The notes beneath the pieces are model-generated. The model was not told where the DNA came from. It made no database searches and saw only the letters and a list, made by a program, of their open reading frames with translations. A program made the position numbers and the translations under genes. A stretch of 64,000 bases of DNA from Tubulanus polymorphus. Taxonomy: Eukaryota; Animalia; Nemertea. The stretch spans positions 16,281,101-16,345,100 of the forward strand of contig NC_134025.1 in the NCBI RefSeq assembly GCF_964204645.1, written 5' to 3'. Shown piece after piece: positions 54,081 to 64,000 of this stretch. Numbering within the stretch: the stretch's first letter is position 1; each line of letters opens with the position of its first letter.

Positions 54081-54113
54081 TTTTTTTTTTTTATTTATAT
54101 ATTTCACTATTTT

Positions 54114-54581
54114 TTATTTTACTAATTTGAAATATTTTACGATGAAATTTTTTACAATATAGTCGTTATCATTAGTTTTATTTTACAATAATTTCTTAAT
54201 TTCGTCTATTTCAAAACCGTGACATAGGTAAATTTGTACAAATATCGCGTAATAACCACATACATCGGATAATACGTTTTGATACATTTTAGTATTATAT
54301 TTCCAATCTATACAATTTTCGTCCAGAAAATTTTCTAATATTACATCGTAAGTTCTGGGTAATTGTCCAAAGGAATCGAAAAAGTAACCGATACCAAACT
54401 TATTGATATAAATGCTTAACCAATGTTCACCCGGTTGATCGTGATAATCGGTATTTACTATAAAACCAGCTGGATAACTATGTATATCGGGTAGTCGGTC
54501 GCACGGAAAAACGCCTAAAAAACACGATCGTAGACACTCGTCTTTTTTCATAAATTCTAAAATCTGATTCGTGTACAACAT
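54114..54581 (-). pseudogene. Adenain-like cysteine protease (PRO) with a premature stop near the C-terminus
   Basis: FLGVFPCD, GEHW, FFDSFG, YQ...CGYY. After the stop at 54183-54185 the frame continues NKTNDNDYIVKNF, resembling the usual ND..V..F tail. Confidence 0.85.
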
Positions 54582-54586
54582 AGTTA

Positions 54587-55898
54587 CTAATAATCAATTT
54601 CGATATGACGTTCTTTAGTTACTTGTAATAATTCGTCGAAAACGGCGTAAACGATTAAATTGACGTTGTGGGGTAAAGCTTCGTCAAATCTCATTTCAAT
54701 TTTTAACGAACCCCTTTTAATAAGTGACAAGTGCGGTTGATCACCGTATTCGGGCGATATATTAAAACAACAAATAAAGTTGCCGTTTTTAAAATGTTCT
54801 CGTTTAATTCCTATACCCTCATTTTTATACAATAGACCCCTAGCTAAATATAAACTATGATACACTTCACATCCATCACCGCGGGAGTCTATAATTAACG
54901 GCGAATTTTGTACGTGATTGTTATCGACACTAACACCTACATAACTCAATGAAAAGTCTCGGAAATCAAAGGGATTTTTTCGTATATTCCCGCTCAACGC
55001 ATCGTCGTCTACGAGCGCTAAAACGATAGCCTTTGGAATTTCACCCACAAAAACGGAATCCTTTACGATCGTTCTATGGCCTCTAGGAATATTCAATGAA
55101 GTTAATTCGGTTCTTGAAAAGTAGTATTTAGCCGTGTTTTTTTTCTAATGCCTTTGCGTGCGCAACCAAAACCGAGCTATCTAATTCTAGTTTTCGCAAA
55201 TAAAGTTGAGCGCTTTCTATTCTTATACGAAAATCAGCGTTTTCCGCGGGAGAAAGTAAAACGAAACTTTCCTTCGATCTATTCAGTTTAATTTGCATAT
55301 CTGTATTGTTGATGAAAATTTTATTCATTCTCATTACATCGCAGTATAATCGAGAATAAGCGCAGATTAGTTTACTGTTTTTTGTGTAATTATTTCTTCT
55401 AACCAGCCCGGTATTAGCACCGGCTATCGTCGGGTCGATATGATTTTTCTTGCCAGCCTCATCTTCAGTGTATAATTCGCATTGTAGCCAACTGCTATTT
55501 TTAGTTTCGGAATTATAGTTCAGCATATTTTCCAACTCACATTTAAACGGGTACAATCCGCCGCCGTGCGTAACGACGCGATCATTGAGCGTAATTTGAA
55601 CGTCGCTAAATAAACTGTAGACGCCATTAATCATCGACACGTATTTATCGGGCGCCACATTAGTGCCATCACCGTTGACTATTTTAAATTGTAGTTTCAA
55701 ATAAGTGACGTTTAAATCTAAATATTGTTCTGTTTTCGGTATCCTGAAGACGATAGGTCCCGAATCATTGATCGATGTAGAGGGTTCGTAACTAACGTAA
55801 CGGCATTCTTTGTAGTTTATCTGGGTACCGGGGATAGTAAACAAATCCAATTCGGATTTGACACACAGGGGCGAGTCTTTGTGTACTAATAACGACAT
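54587..55898 (-). pseudogene. Major capsid protein (PY, double jelly roll) with one frameshift
   Basis: CVKSELDLFTIPGTQ, GPIVF, SLFSDV, NPFDF, GSLKIEMRF. The two ORFs join if the T8 run at 55137-55144 is T7. Confidence 0.9.
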
Positions 55899-55903
55899 CT
55901 TGT

Positions 55904-56311
55904 CTAATACGCTTCGCCGCTAACACTTCTCTTTATACGTTTGCCTGTGGAAATAATCCGCTGTTTTCGTTTTCTCTTTTGACCTTTTAATGGTTTTGTA
56001 CCGGTTCGCACTTTACCCCGGATAATACGACCCATTGTTTCTAATCCGCGATCTTTAATGGCTGTGGCAAAATTCTTACCACCTACGACATCGCTCGCAA
56101 CGTGCAAACCCGTTCTTAGTAAATGAGGCACCGCTCGTTTAGCCATATTTTTCAATAGGGGTATTGCCGGTCGAGCGAGACCGCCTAAAACAGAAGCAAA
56201 TCCAGCACCGCCTTGTATAGGCGATGATGTGTACACGTCGACTCCGGCACCGCTTTGATTTGCGTAATATCTACAACAGACATCGTGATCTATTTCGCAA
56301 ATAGCCCTCAT
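55904..56311 (-). CDS. Conserved basic Maverick protein (PW-like by position), probable core protein
   Basis: YYANQSGAG and QGGAG adenain-type sites, amphipathic middle, K/R-rich tail; lies between minor and major capsid genes. Confidence 0.75.
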   Translation of the reverse strand: MRAICEIDHDVCCRYYANQSGAGVDVYTSSPIQGGAGFASVLGGLARPAIPLLKNMAKRAVPHLLRTGLHVASDVVGGKNFATAIKDRGLETMGRIIRGKVRTGTKPLKGQKRKRKQRIISTGKRIKRSVSGEAY

Positions 56312-57135
56312 ATTAATATATTTTTCTTTTTAAAATGTAAAACAAGATTAACTTTTCCTTTTTTAAAAACAGGTATTTTACCCGATTCTCTTCTTATAAA
56401 GACTTCTATAGTCTGAAAATTACTCCTTTGCACTGGAAAATATTGTAATTTGTTAAACTCTTTTCCAATAACCTTTCCAAAATTTATCGTGTTTAAATGT
56501 ACCATACGCAAAAGATTTGCGCTCTGATCGCCGACTAGTTGGGGTTCTATAACATCGCTATATATCATCAAATTATGATAGTCGACGTTTATATCGACAC
56601 ATCTAGACGCTGTGACTTCGATGTATTTGTAAATAGTTTTGGTACCATTACTATCTACAAATGGTCCATTTTTCTTCGAACCCTGACGAAGGTCGTTAGG
56701 TATATCGTTTACCGGTATACCAGATTTGAAGCCTAAAATCCACGCTATATCGTTCGTAAAAGTTAACGAACACTCGTCGTAAAACTTCACATTAACTTTA
56801 TGACTTAATTCGTCGAAACCTATAATTACTTTATCGTAAAACCACTTGTTGATTTCCGTTTGTATAACGGTGATTAATTGCGCAATAGTGTGATATCGAC
56901 CCTTCGGTATACGTAAGTATTGTTTTCCATGCTCCGGTGACGCCAATTCAAATCGTCCATCTTCGACGTTATCGAAATCTAGCATAAAGTTTATTTGGTG
57001 CAAGGCGCAAACCCATTTACCCTCGAGCGAAATCGATTCTCTCAATCGAACTTTGAAACTATGTTGAATGTTATCGGGGTAAAGATCAACGCTTGCGTCG
57101 CTTTTGAGATACACGTAAAAATCACTACCAATCAT
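56308..57135 (-). CDS. Minor capsid/penton protein (PX)
   Basis: FYVYLKSDAS..YPDN, W.CAL, IYSDVIEPQLVGD..NLLR, YFPV, TIEVFIR. Confidence 0.85.
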   Translation of the reverse strand: MIGSDFYVYLKSDASVDLYPDNIQHSFKVRLRESISLEGKWVCALHQINFMLDFDNVEDGRFELASPEHGKQYLRIPKGRYHTIAQLITVIQTEINKWFYDKVIIGFDELSHKVNVKFYDECSLTFTNDIAWILGFKSGIPVNDIPNDLRQGSKKNGPFVDSNGTKTIYKYIEVTASRCVDINVDYHNLMIYSDVIEPQLVGDQSANLLRMVHLNTINFGKVIGKEFNKLQYFPVQRSNFQTIEVFIRRESGKIPVFKKGKVNLVLHFKKKNILI

Positions 57136-58214
57136 TTCAGTTTTTTAATATCTTTTGCGTTTACCCAGGAATTAAATTTATCAGCGTAATTATACCACTT
57201 CACCAAATATTGTTTTCTCGAACCCTTTCCACGGGATTTAATGATCGATTCGACTTTATAAACATCACCCCTTTTATTGACTTTTATCATTTCGTATTCG
57301 TAAAAAACGCCATCTATTTCAACATCTTGTAAATCTTTAATCTTGTATACACACGGTTGGCGATTAATTCTTTTAGTTACAACAAACAACTCTGTACTCC
57401 AACCGGGTAAATAACCTTTTTGGAACTGCCCTTTTAGTTCGCTTATTCTAACAGTATCACCCACTCGAAATTTGAATTTCGCTCTATTTACTATGCGGTG
57501 GGGTCCGTATAGGTTTTTGAAAACTATGTATTCGTTTAACTGGTTAACGTCTATTGGAGCCATTTTTATACTGCGGTGATATGTATTGTTATATGATCGA
57601 ACTATATCGTCCAGTACATCGATGTATCTATACGAATGTCTATGCGAGAATATTTTATACATTTTTGATTTTAATGTACGTATCCATCGTTCGACAATAG
57701 CGCATTTTACTTCTTTTTTACTTCTGAAAAAACTTATACCCTCGTTTCTGAGAAAATTCTGTGTTTTTGAACCGAGGAACTCGGTCCCGGCGTCAGATTG
57801 TATAACGCTAGGTTTTCTATGTTTAATTATCTTTTTCAATCCTTCCACAACTGTCGAGTTGAATTTATTCAACAAAGGAACGGCGAAACCGTATCTCGAT
57901 AAAACATCTATAGCCGTCAATAGAAACTTGATACCGTCGTTGTGTTTGGAAATATTTGAAACGTCGCACAAATCTATTTGAAACTGTTCGTTCATTCGAT
58001 AGGCTATTGTTTTATTTCTGGGAAACCTTTTCCTCACTTTGGCGTGTAATGTGTAAACTTCTTGCTCGGATAGCCAATCCTTTATCTCATTAAGCGAAAT
58101 GTTTTTATTTTCTTGCCGACATATTCTGTGTAGAGCGTTTGCGCTCGAAAAACTGGCTGGTTTTTCGATACCATAATACTGATTGGCTAGGAATTTTTTC
58201 AGCTCCGCCTTCAT
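57132..58214 (-). CDS. Retroviral-like integrase with C-terminal chromodomain
   Basis: DDE motifs QIDL, QSDAGTEF, VERWIRTLK; YNNTYH; QYLVKW...FNSWV. Confidence 0.95.
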   Translation of the reverse strand: MKAELKKFLANQYYGIEKPASFSSANALHRICRQENKNISLNEIKDWLSEQEVYTLHAKVRKRFPRNKTIAYRMNEQFQIDLCDVSNISKHNDGIKFLLTAIDVLSRYGFAVPLLNKFNSTVVEGLKKIIKHRKPSVIQSDAGTEFLGSKTQNFLRNEGISFFRSKKEVKCAIVERWIRTLKSKMYKIFSHRHSYRYIDVLDDIVRSYNNTYHRSIKMAPIDVNQLNEYIVFKNLYGPHRIVNRAKFKFRVGDTVRISELKGQFQKGYLPGWSTELFVVTKRINRQPCVYKIKDLQDVEIDGVFYEYEMIKVNKRGDVYKVESIIKSRGKGSRKQYLVKWYNYADKFNSWVNAKDIKKLK

Positions 58215-58332
58215 TGATAACGGTATTTCCGTTACAACACGTGCTCACGCAGTTAATTCGATTGAATTTACAAATAAAACTTGGATCGTCTCGGTCCAAA
58301 CAACAACAACAAAACAATTTTCGTCAATTCAT
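58105..58332 (-). pseudogene. Small Cys-rich ORF overlapping the integrase start
   Basis: ATG 58332: MN*RKLFCCCCLDRDD...NCVSTCCNG, with TGA at codon 3. Confidence 0.4.
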
Positions 58333-58383
58333 CTTTATTTTTACAATAAAATATTTGTGATAACACGCCTTTTATTAATTTAT

Positions 58384-58911
58384 TCATTTAGAACATAAGA
58401 TGATGTAGAATAAAATTTCTTCGTACGCTTTTTGTAGTTCTTTTGTTTGTTTTGCGCCGGCTAGTATTATGGTTCCGCCATTATGAACAATACATTTAAC
58501 TCCATTTTCGCACATATACACTAAACCGGGGAATATTTCTGTGTTATATTCCGCTGTACAACAATAGTTCGAAAATTTCATCAAGTCAATATGCCGACCA
58601 GTTCTAACGACACCGGTTATTGTTTGTATTTTGTAGTTGTTTAACTTCACGTTGTATCCCATCTTTTGCAGTAAACGCGCAAATTGTCTCGTACTCCGTC
58701 GACTATTAGATTTACTTTTACACCCAGTAATTACCATCTTTCCATTGCCGAATAATAGACAATTACCTTCTATTTTACGATTCTTCCATATTAACCCGCT
58801 AAACTTGGAAGGGTTGTAAATTACATCGTGCGAGATTCTAGCGACATCGGTAAGATTTAATGAACTATTCAAACACGCCGTAGAGACGATGTTCACCACG
58901 TTAACGACCAT
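58384..58911 (-). CDS. TATA-binding protein homolog (core domain only), Maverick-encoded
   Basis: Both TBP repeats are present: NIVST..L..L..YNPSKF..LLFGNGKMVITGCKS..R..RQFARLLQKMG and KIQ..YNTEIFPGLVY..G.IILAGAK..ELQKAYEEI. Intact, intronless, 175 aa. Confidence 0.93.
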   Translation of the reverse strand: MVVNVVNIVSTACLNSSLNLTDVARISHDVIYNPSKFSGLIWKNRKIEGNCLLFGNGKMVITGCKSKSNSRRSTRQFARLLQKMGYNVKLNNYKIQTITGVVRTGRHIDLMKFSNYCCTAEYNTEIFPGLVYMCENGVKCIVHNGGTIILAGAKQTKELQKAYEEILFYIILCSK

Positions 58912-59008
58912 CGTATCAAATGGAAATCAAAACGTGCCCGAACACGTTCAGTTGCGCAATAATACTACGAACAATTGAACAATACATTTTAATTGCATTT
59001 TGAAGCCA

Positions 59009-59695
59009 TTAAAAGCTAAGCCAATTGGTGAAATCGACATTCCTAGCTCGCTTACTACGCAGTCCGGAACCGCGCTGATCTACTTTTGCATTCTTTTTTA
59101 CTGGAGACAACGACGCATCTAAATCTACGGTAAGTTCGCCTTTGAGCCGTCTCTTTAACATTTTATTATTTATTAGGCTAGTAGGAATATTAAGTTCGTT
59201 TATCGCTGACATATAATCTTCTAATCCAATATAGCTTTGGTTTAATGTAGTTAATACTAACGAAACGTAAACGAGGTCAGAAATATTGCTTCCAGGAATT
59301 AAATTATTCTTGTAGATTATTTCTCCTTTTTCGTTCCATCTCAAAACGTTTGTATTTTCTGTGAAAAATGTCAATAACGATTTACACTTATTCCGGAATT
59401 TAACCGGTATACGTTCGACAATTTTTTCAGTCGAATAAGTATTATTAACGACGTTGATATCTTCAATTTTTCGAGGTAGTGATTGTTTATCGCGCTCCGT
59501 TTTTTGTATAGCTTGCTGCAGCAACGGGTTATATTTTAGATATTTCAAATCATCGGATAGGTTGTTATCGTTTAACGGATTTCCGGTAACTGGTTTTTTA
59601 GTTATAGATTCATTTCCCTGTAGACTAGCTACGAATGCTTGTACTTGCGGTAACATTGCTTCCGGTAGAATAACCAATTTCTCTACGTTCTTCAT
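59009..59695 (-). CDS. Conserved Maverick protein (PZ-like)
   Basis: KLVILP start, LRWNEKGEI...IPGSNISDL, QRGSG site, terminal WLSF; lies between ATPase and integrase. Confidence 0.75.
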   Translation of the reverse strand: MKNVEKLVILPEAMLPQVQAFVASLQGNESITKKPVTGNPLNDNNLSDDLKYLKYNPLLQQAIQKTERDKQSLPRKIEDINVVNNTYSTEKIVERIPVKFRNKCKSLLTFFTENTNVLRWNEKGEIIYKNNLIPGSNISDLVYVSLVLTTLNQSYIGLEDYMSAINELNIPTSLINNKMLKRRLKGELTVDLDASLSPVKKNAKVDQRGSGLRSKRARNVDFTNWLSF

Positions 59696-60090
59696 GACGA
59701 AACTTTATCTATTACTTTGTTCGCGGCTTTACTTAAAACATTAGTCACGATAGATTCTAGAATCGGTTTCAACAAGAGAGGTGTCAATATGAATGGCAGA
59801 AATCCTCCCTTTTGAGAAATAACTCTCCTTTTATGTTTAACAGCTATAGATTTATTCGCTAACATACGAATGTATCGTTTATGTTGTTTTAACACCCGTT
59901 TCTCTTTGTCGCTATGTTCTATATTTCCCAGTAAACTGTTTTTAGATATTTCACAAATACAGTTAATTAGTTCTACTGGTGCCGATTCGATCAACGCTTC
60001 TCGTTGCTTTTTCTTACAACTTGCCAACACGTGAAAATGATGAACGTACTTTTTTAACCGATCAACGGATTTATTGTTACGAGGAACCAT
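59692..60090 (-). CDS. Conserved basic Maverick protein (PM-like)
   Basis: LINCICEISKNSLLGN and QKGGFLP followed by a hydrophobic helix. Likely start is the Met at 60090 rather than 60168. Confidence 0.75.
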   Translation of the reverse strand: MVPRNNKSVDRLKKYVHHFHVLASCKKKQREALIESAPVELINCICEISKNSLLGNIEHSDKEKRVLKQHKRYIRMLANKSIAVKHKRRVISQKGGFLPFILTPLLLKPILESIVTNVLSKAANKVIDKVSS

Positions 60091-60124
60091 CTTCCTTTTA
60101 TAAATAGTAGACCTTAGCTTTCTT

Positions 60125-60775
60125 TTAATGGATTTTCTTAGTTTTGTAAACGATGTGGTATACATCACTGGGAAATATTTTAGTCCTTAGTCGCCATTTA
60201 TCATCTGTTTTCGGTTTAAAGTCTAATAACAAATAACCGTGTGGTTCTTCTGTAGCATCTTTGAAAGCCTGTTCTATTTCATTTTCTAGTCCCACTTGTT
60301 GAGCTAACACCCGAATTTGGTTTCTATCTCGAGCGTTTTTGAATACGGCGATATAATGACTATTTAAACTAATCGTCCTAAAACCTTTCCCTTTAGGAAA
60401 TAAGTTTTGAACAATAGTGATAATAGAAATATTTCTATGATGAGCGCCCTTAGTATACAACGCCGCCAAGGTGTCATTACCGCCAACTTCGTTCATCAGA
60501 TCGTCGACTATTATTAAAGTGCGACTACTACCGTTTATTTTTTCGTATAGTTCATCAGAAAATCCTTCGACAAATTGAACATCAAATTTTTCCAATTCTT
60601 GAAACATTTCGGGCTGCGCCTCTCCATAACACCAATAAATTTTTTCCGGTTGTTTTTCTATAAGTTTTTCGGTAATTAATTTCTTTACAAACCAACTTTT
60701 ACCGGATGATGTAGGTCCGCAGACTAGCATAGTAAATGGATGCACGAGATATCTAGGCCCATCGTATTCTGCCAT
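60125..60775 (-). CDS. A32-like FtsK/HerA packaging ATPase
   Basis: Walker A GPTSSGKS, Walker B IIVDD, HHRNIS, QNLF, FKNARD. Confidence 0.95.
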   Translation of the reverse strand: MAEYDGPRYLVHPFTMLVCGPTSSGKSWFVKKLITEKLIEKQPEKIYWCYGEAQPEMFQELEKFDVQFVEGFSDELYEKINGSSRTLIIVDDLMNEVGGNDTLAALYTKGAHHRNISIITIVQNLFPKGKGFRTISLNSHYIAVFKNARDRNQIRVLAQQVGLENEIEQAFKDATEEPHGYLLLDFKPKTDDKWRLRTKIFPSDVYHIVYKTKKIH

Positions 60776-61023
60776 CTTAGTGGTTTTAGGGTTTTAGGGT
60801 TTTTGATTATCCGTAGTAGCCGACTTTTAATAATTTTGAATTTCAAAAATTGATAAAGTTTAGAATTTTACAAAACCAGGTTTGACAATTTTTCAAGTTT
60901 TAGAAAATGTGGTTTGTACATTTTTAATAGGAAAATACTAAGAGGTTTGATAAAATATTCAATTATAAAATTTGTGGTTTGGATATTTTTTTAAAGTAAA
61001 AAAGATGTTCTCTTTTATAGATC
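60776..61023. promoter_or_regulatory. Probable bidirectional promoter between ATPase and pPolB
   Basis: AT-rich gap between divergent ATGs; TATAAAA at 60964; four GGTTTG motifs. Confidence 0.55.
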
Positions 61024-64000
61024 ATGTATTCGTGCAGCATTTGTAACGCTACCTTCGCCTCGAAATTCAATCTCAAACGTCATGAGATGATGCATGAGGG
61101 TAAGAAGGGTTTCAAATGTCTGGAGTGCGGTAAAGCACACGCCAGAAAAGATAATTTAGTGCGGCATATGAAAAATTGTAATAATCGGCAGGTAGCGCAG
61201 GATAGAGTGCCACCGATAGCTCAGACTTCTGACCAACCAGACGATAAGCAACCTATATCAAATGTTCGGTCATCTCCTCAACCATCTACGTCAACCGCTT
61301 TCACGGTAAGAATCCTCAGACATATATATATATTATCATGATCATAATATATACGTTATACGTTTTGTATTTATATGTATTTAATTTGTATTTCAGTGTA
61401 ATAATTGCGGTAAAAGATCGGCTCGAAAAGATAATCTTAAGCGGCACATGAGATCGTGTAAACCACGACGACCGGTTGCGAAGGAATTCTCATGTTCTAA
61501 TTGCGCAAGATCTTTTACCGAAATAAACGATTTGAAAATACATAGGGAACATTGTAGTTCTACGGCTCAGAAACGACCCAGGGACGATGACGACAATGAC
61601 CAGCAATCGACACAAAAACGTCTGTGTCATAATAATAATAGTCCCGATGAAATTATTAGAGGGAATATTAAGTTAGTTAGAGTAAGTATTATCGAACAAA
61701 TTCGATAGATCGTGAAAGGACGATGATAGTAATAAGGAAGAGGACGATACCGTAACAGCGCGCGATACCGAAACAATACTCCGCGAGTATTTAAGTAACA
61801 TCCTAGCGGCAATGAGTGAGATGTTAGACGCCCGGCCAACCGATATGTTGAGGATTTCGATAGAACATGAAAATCTTCAAAGAAATATCGAATACTTCTA
61901 CGTACCTCTAGAAGAAATCACTATCGATTATTTACTCGAGCGTATTGTTAGTGTTCTTCAGTCTAACGAAGATCTATCTTTGGACGGGCTGATCTTTCAT
62001 TGTACACTCATTAGGATGTCTCTCGGTGGTGCTAGACAAAAGCGGATAACGACTGACTTTGAACAGTTCCGAAAAACAAAGAAATCGGTCATCAGTATAA
62101 ATAATGATGACGATTTATGCCTAGCGAGGGCGCTAGTCGTGGCGAAGGCGCGAGCCGATAATGACCCTCGTTATAACATAATTCGTAAATGCGAAAAATC
62201 ACCGCAACGAGAAGCCGCTCTCGCATTGCACCAGGCGACAGGAGTCCCCACCGGCAAGTGTGGAATCCCCGAGCTGGACAAAATGGTGAAGGCTAAACTT
62301 GACGATTATTATGTTTTAGTGGTGACTGGAGACAATAACGCATACCACGTATTGTACGAAAACGATAAAAAAAATATTAACCCAGGATTCGAATGCGAAG
62401 AAAATAAGCCTTTTATACACGAATGGCCACTTCGACGTCGTATCGTCAATGGCTGCATTTACGTGTCGTGTATATTTCTGTTTCTCGTGTAAAAAAGGAT
62501 ATAATACAGCCGAAGCGCATCGTTGTAATGACAAATGTTCCTTATGTCGTGGCAATTGCGCTCGAGAACAGAGGGGCAATTATTTTTGCAATCGTTGCAA
62601 TATGTACTATAAATCGGAAGCGTGTTTTGCCAATCATTTAAGACCTTTGGCAACGGGTCAAAGCCTTTGTAATTCGCGGGCACGGTGTATGCGTTGTGGC
62701 TCTATTATTCCCCGATCGAAACTGGATCCTAAATTACACGATTGCGGTAAAAAGTATTGTTCCTCGTGTAAAGAAAAGCTACCTATAGGCCATCTTTGTT
62801 ATATTGGGGTGACAAAAGGTCAGGAGCACGTGGTCCCCGAAGGCGATAAAAACACGCATCAATTAATCAATCCTTATTTAGACGCGAAAAGCGAAGAATT
62901 CAAAATTAGAAAATTTATAGCGTTTGATTTCGAAACGACTACTGTGGATTCGAACCACGTTGTAGTATTAGGTATAGCACACAGAACGTGTCAAATGTGT
63001 AAATGGTCAAGGCGTACTCCAGACTCGTCATGCGACCATTGCGGTAAACACGAACACGTGTTCAAGTCGGATATCGATTTCTGCAAATGGCTGTTTACTG
63101 AGGAGAATAAGGGTTCCACTGTTTTTGCGCACAATTTTCAATCGTTTGACGGCTATTTTATTTTAAGATATTTGGTTTCGCAAGGCATACTACCGGACAT
63201 AGTACCAAACGGTGGTAAAATTATGACGATGTCTATCCAACATTTGGACATTAAATTTTTGGATACTTTGAATTTCCTACCTATGAAACTTGGTAAATTA
63301 CCGGAAACATTAGGTATTCCGGAATTGAAAAAGGGTTATTTTCCGTACACTTTTTGTACTGGAAAAAATATGAATTATGTAGGACCGATTCCGGATTTAC
63401 ATTATTATAATCCTGATGGCATGAGTTCCAGCGAGAGGAACGAATTTGTAAAGTGGCATACAGAGCGCCGGTCTGAAAATTTCGTTTTTGATATGCAACA
63501 CGAGTTGATAGGGTATTGTCGGTCCGATGTTGACATATTAATGCAATCGGTCATTAATTTCCAACATCAATTCTTTGCACTTACTTCAGTCGATCCTTTT
63601 AGAAATTCAATTACCATTGCGTCGGCATGCAATCTAGCGTTAAGAACAAATTTCCTAAAATCGGAAACAATTGGCTTAATACCCCCAGGCGGTTATAGAC
63701 CCAATGCTAAGTTTTCAAAAATGAGCATCCGTTGGTTAAGATGGCTATCTGAAAATAATGATATTCGAATTCAACATGCGTTGGATGGCGGTGAAGTAAC
63801 TATTGACCGCTATAAAGTGGATGGTTACCACGCCGAATCAAACACCGTGTATGAATTTCATGGCTGTCTGTACCACGGATGCCCTAAATGTTTTAAAAAT
63901 TCAGATATGCAGTCGCCGGTGCGGCCCGATAAAAAATTTGGTGAACTTTATCAGGCTACGTTAGAAAAGAGTGCAAAGATTAGGGCCCTTGGATATAATT
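61024..64000 (+). pseudogene. Maverick pPolB: C2H2 fingers, vOTU, Cys-rich region, exonuclease, VSR-like insert; intron 61306-61396; incomplete at the window edge
   Basis: DDLCLARAL and NGHFD (vOTU). Frame from 62401 (absent from the ORF track; no stop in the stretches I translated) has FDFET, AHNFQSFDG, KGYFP, YCRSDV, VDGY...YEFHGCLYHGC. Frame breaks near 61710 and 62370. Confidence 0.92.

Noticed and set aside
58324-58326. Selenocysteine TGA in the Cys-rich ORF
   Set aside because: No SECIS was recognised and the element has other nonsense lesions.
58384-58911. Host TBP gene
   Set aside because: Animal TBP cores are nearly invariant and have introns and an N-terminal extension. This one is highly diverged, intronless and packed among Maverick genes, so no gene symbol is given.
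60785-60800. Telomeric repeat (TTTTAGGG)x2
   Set aside because: Only two units; too short to call an interstitial telomere or a telomere-integration signal.

Overview
Repeat-dense eukaryotic DNA, most likely an invertebrate genome. I can support no host gene. 1-35 kb is a pile of nested transposon remains: Helentron-type non-autonomous elements with ~154-bp internal arrays, CR1/L2-group LINEs, a tRNA-derived SINE, two piggyBacs, hAT-like and foldback MITEs, a DIRS retroelement, and a minimal Penelope-type hammerhead ribozyme. 35.5-48.4 kb holds a decayed endonuclease-VII-type protein-primed DNA polymerase B (pPolB) and a coiled-coil gene remnant, bracketed by ~1.55-kb inverted repeat arms. 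From 51201 to the window end is a mildly decayed Maverick/Polinton: AGTAGT terminus, protease, major and minor capsid proteins, integrase, packaging ATPase, and a vOTU/VSR-type pPolB. The standout is an intact TATA-binding-protein (TBP) homolog inside the Maverick core gene block. The element also carries two divergently oriented RING-finger genes, a 12-bp-periodic TGACGTCA array at its terminus, helically phased promoter repeats, and an intron in the zinc-finger leader of pPolB. All calls come from reading the sequence by eye; no searches were run.
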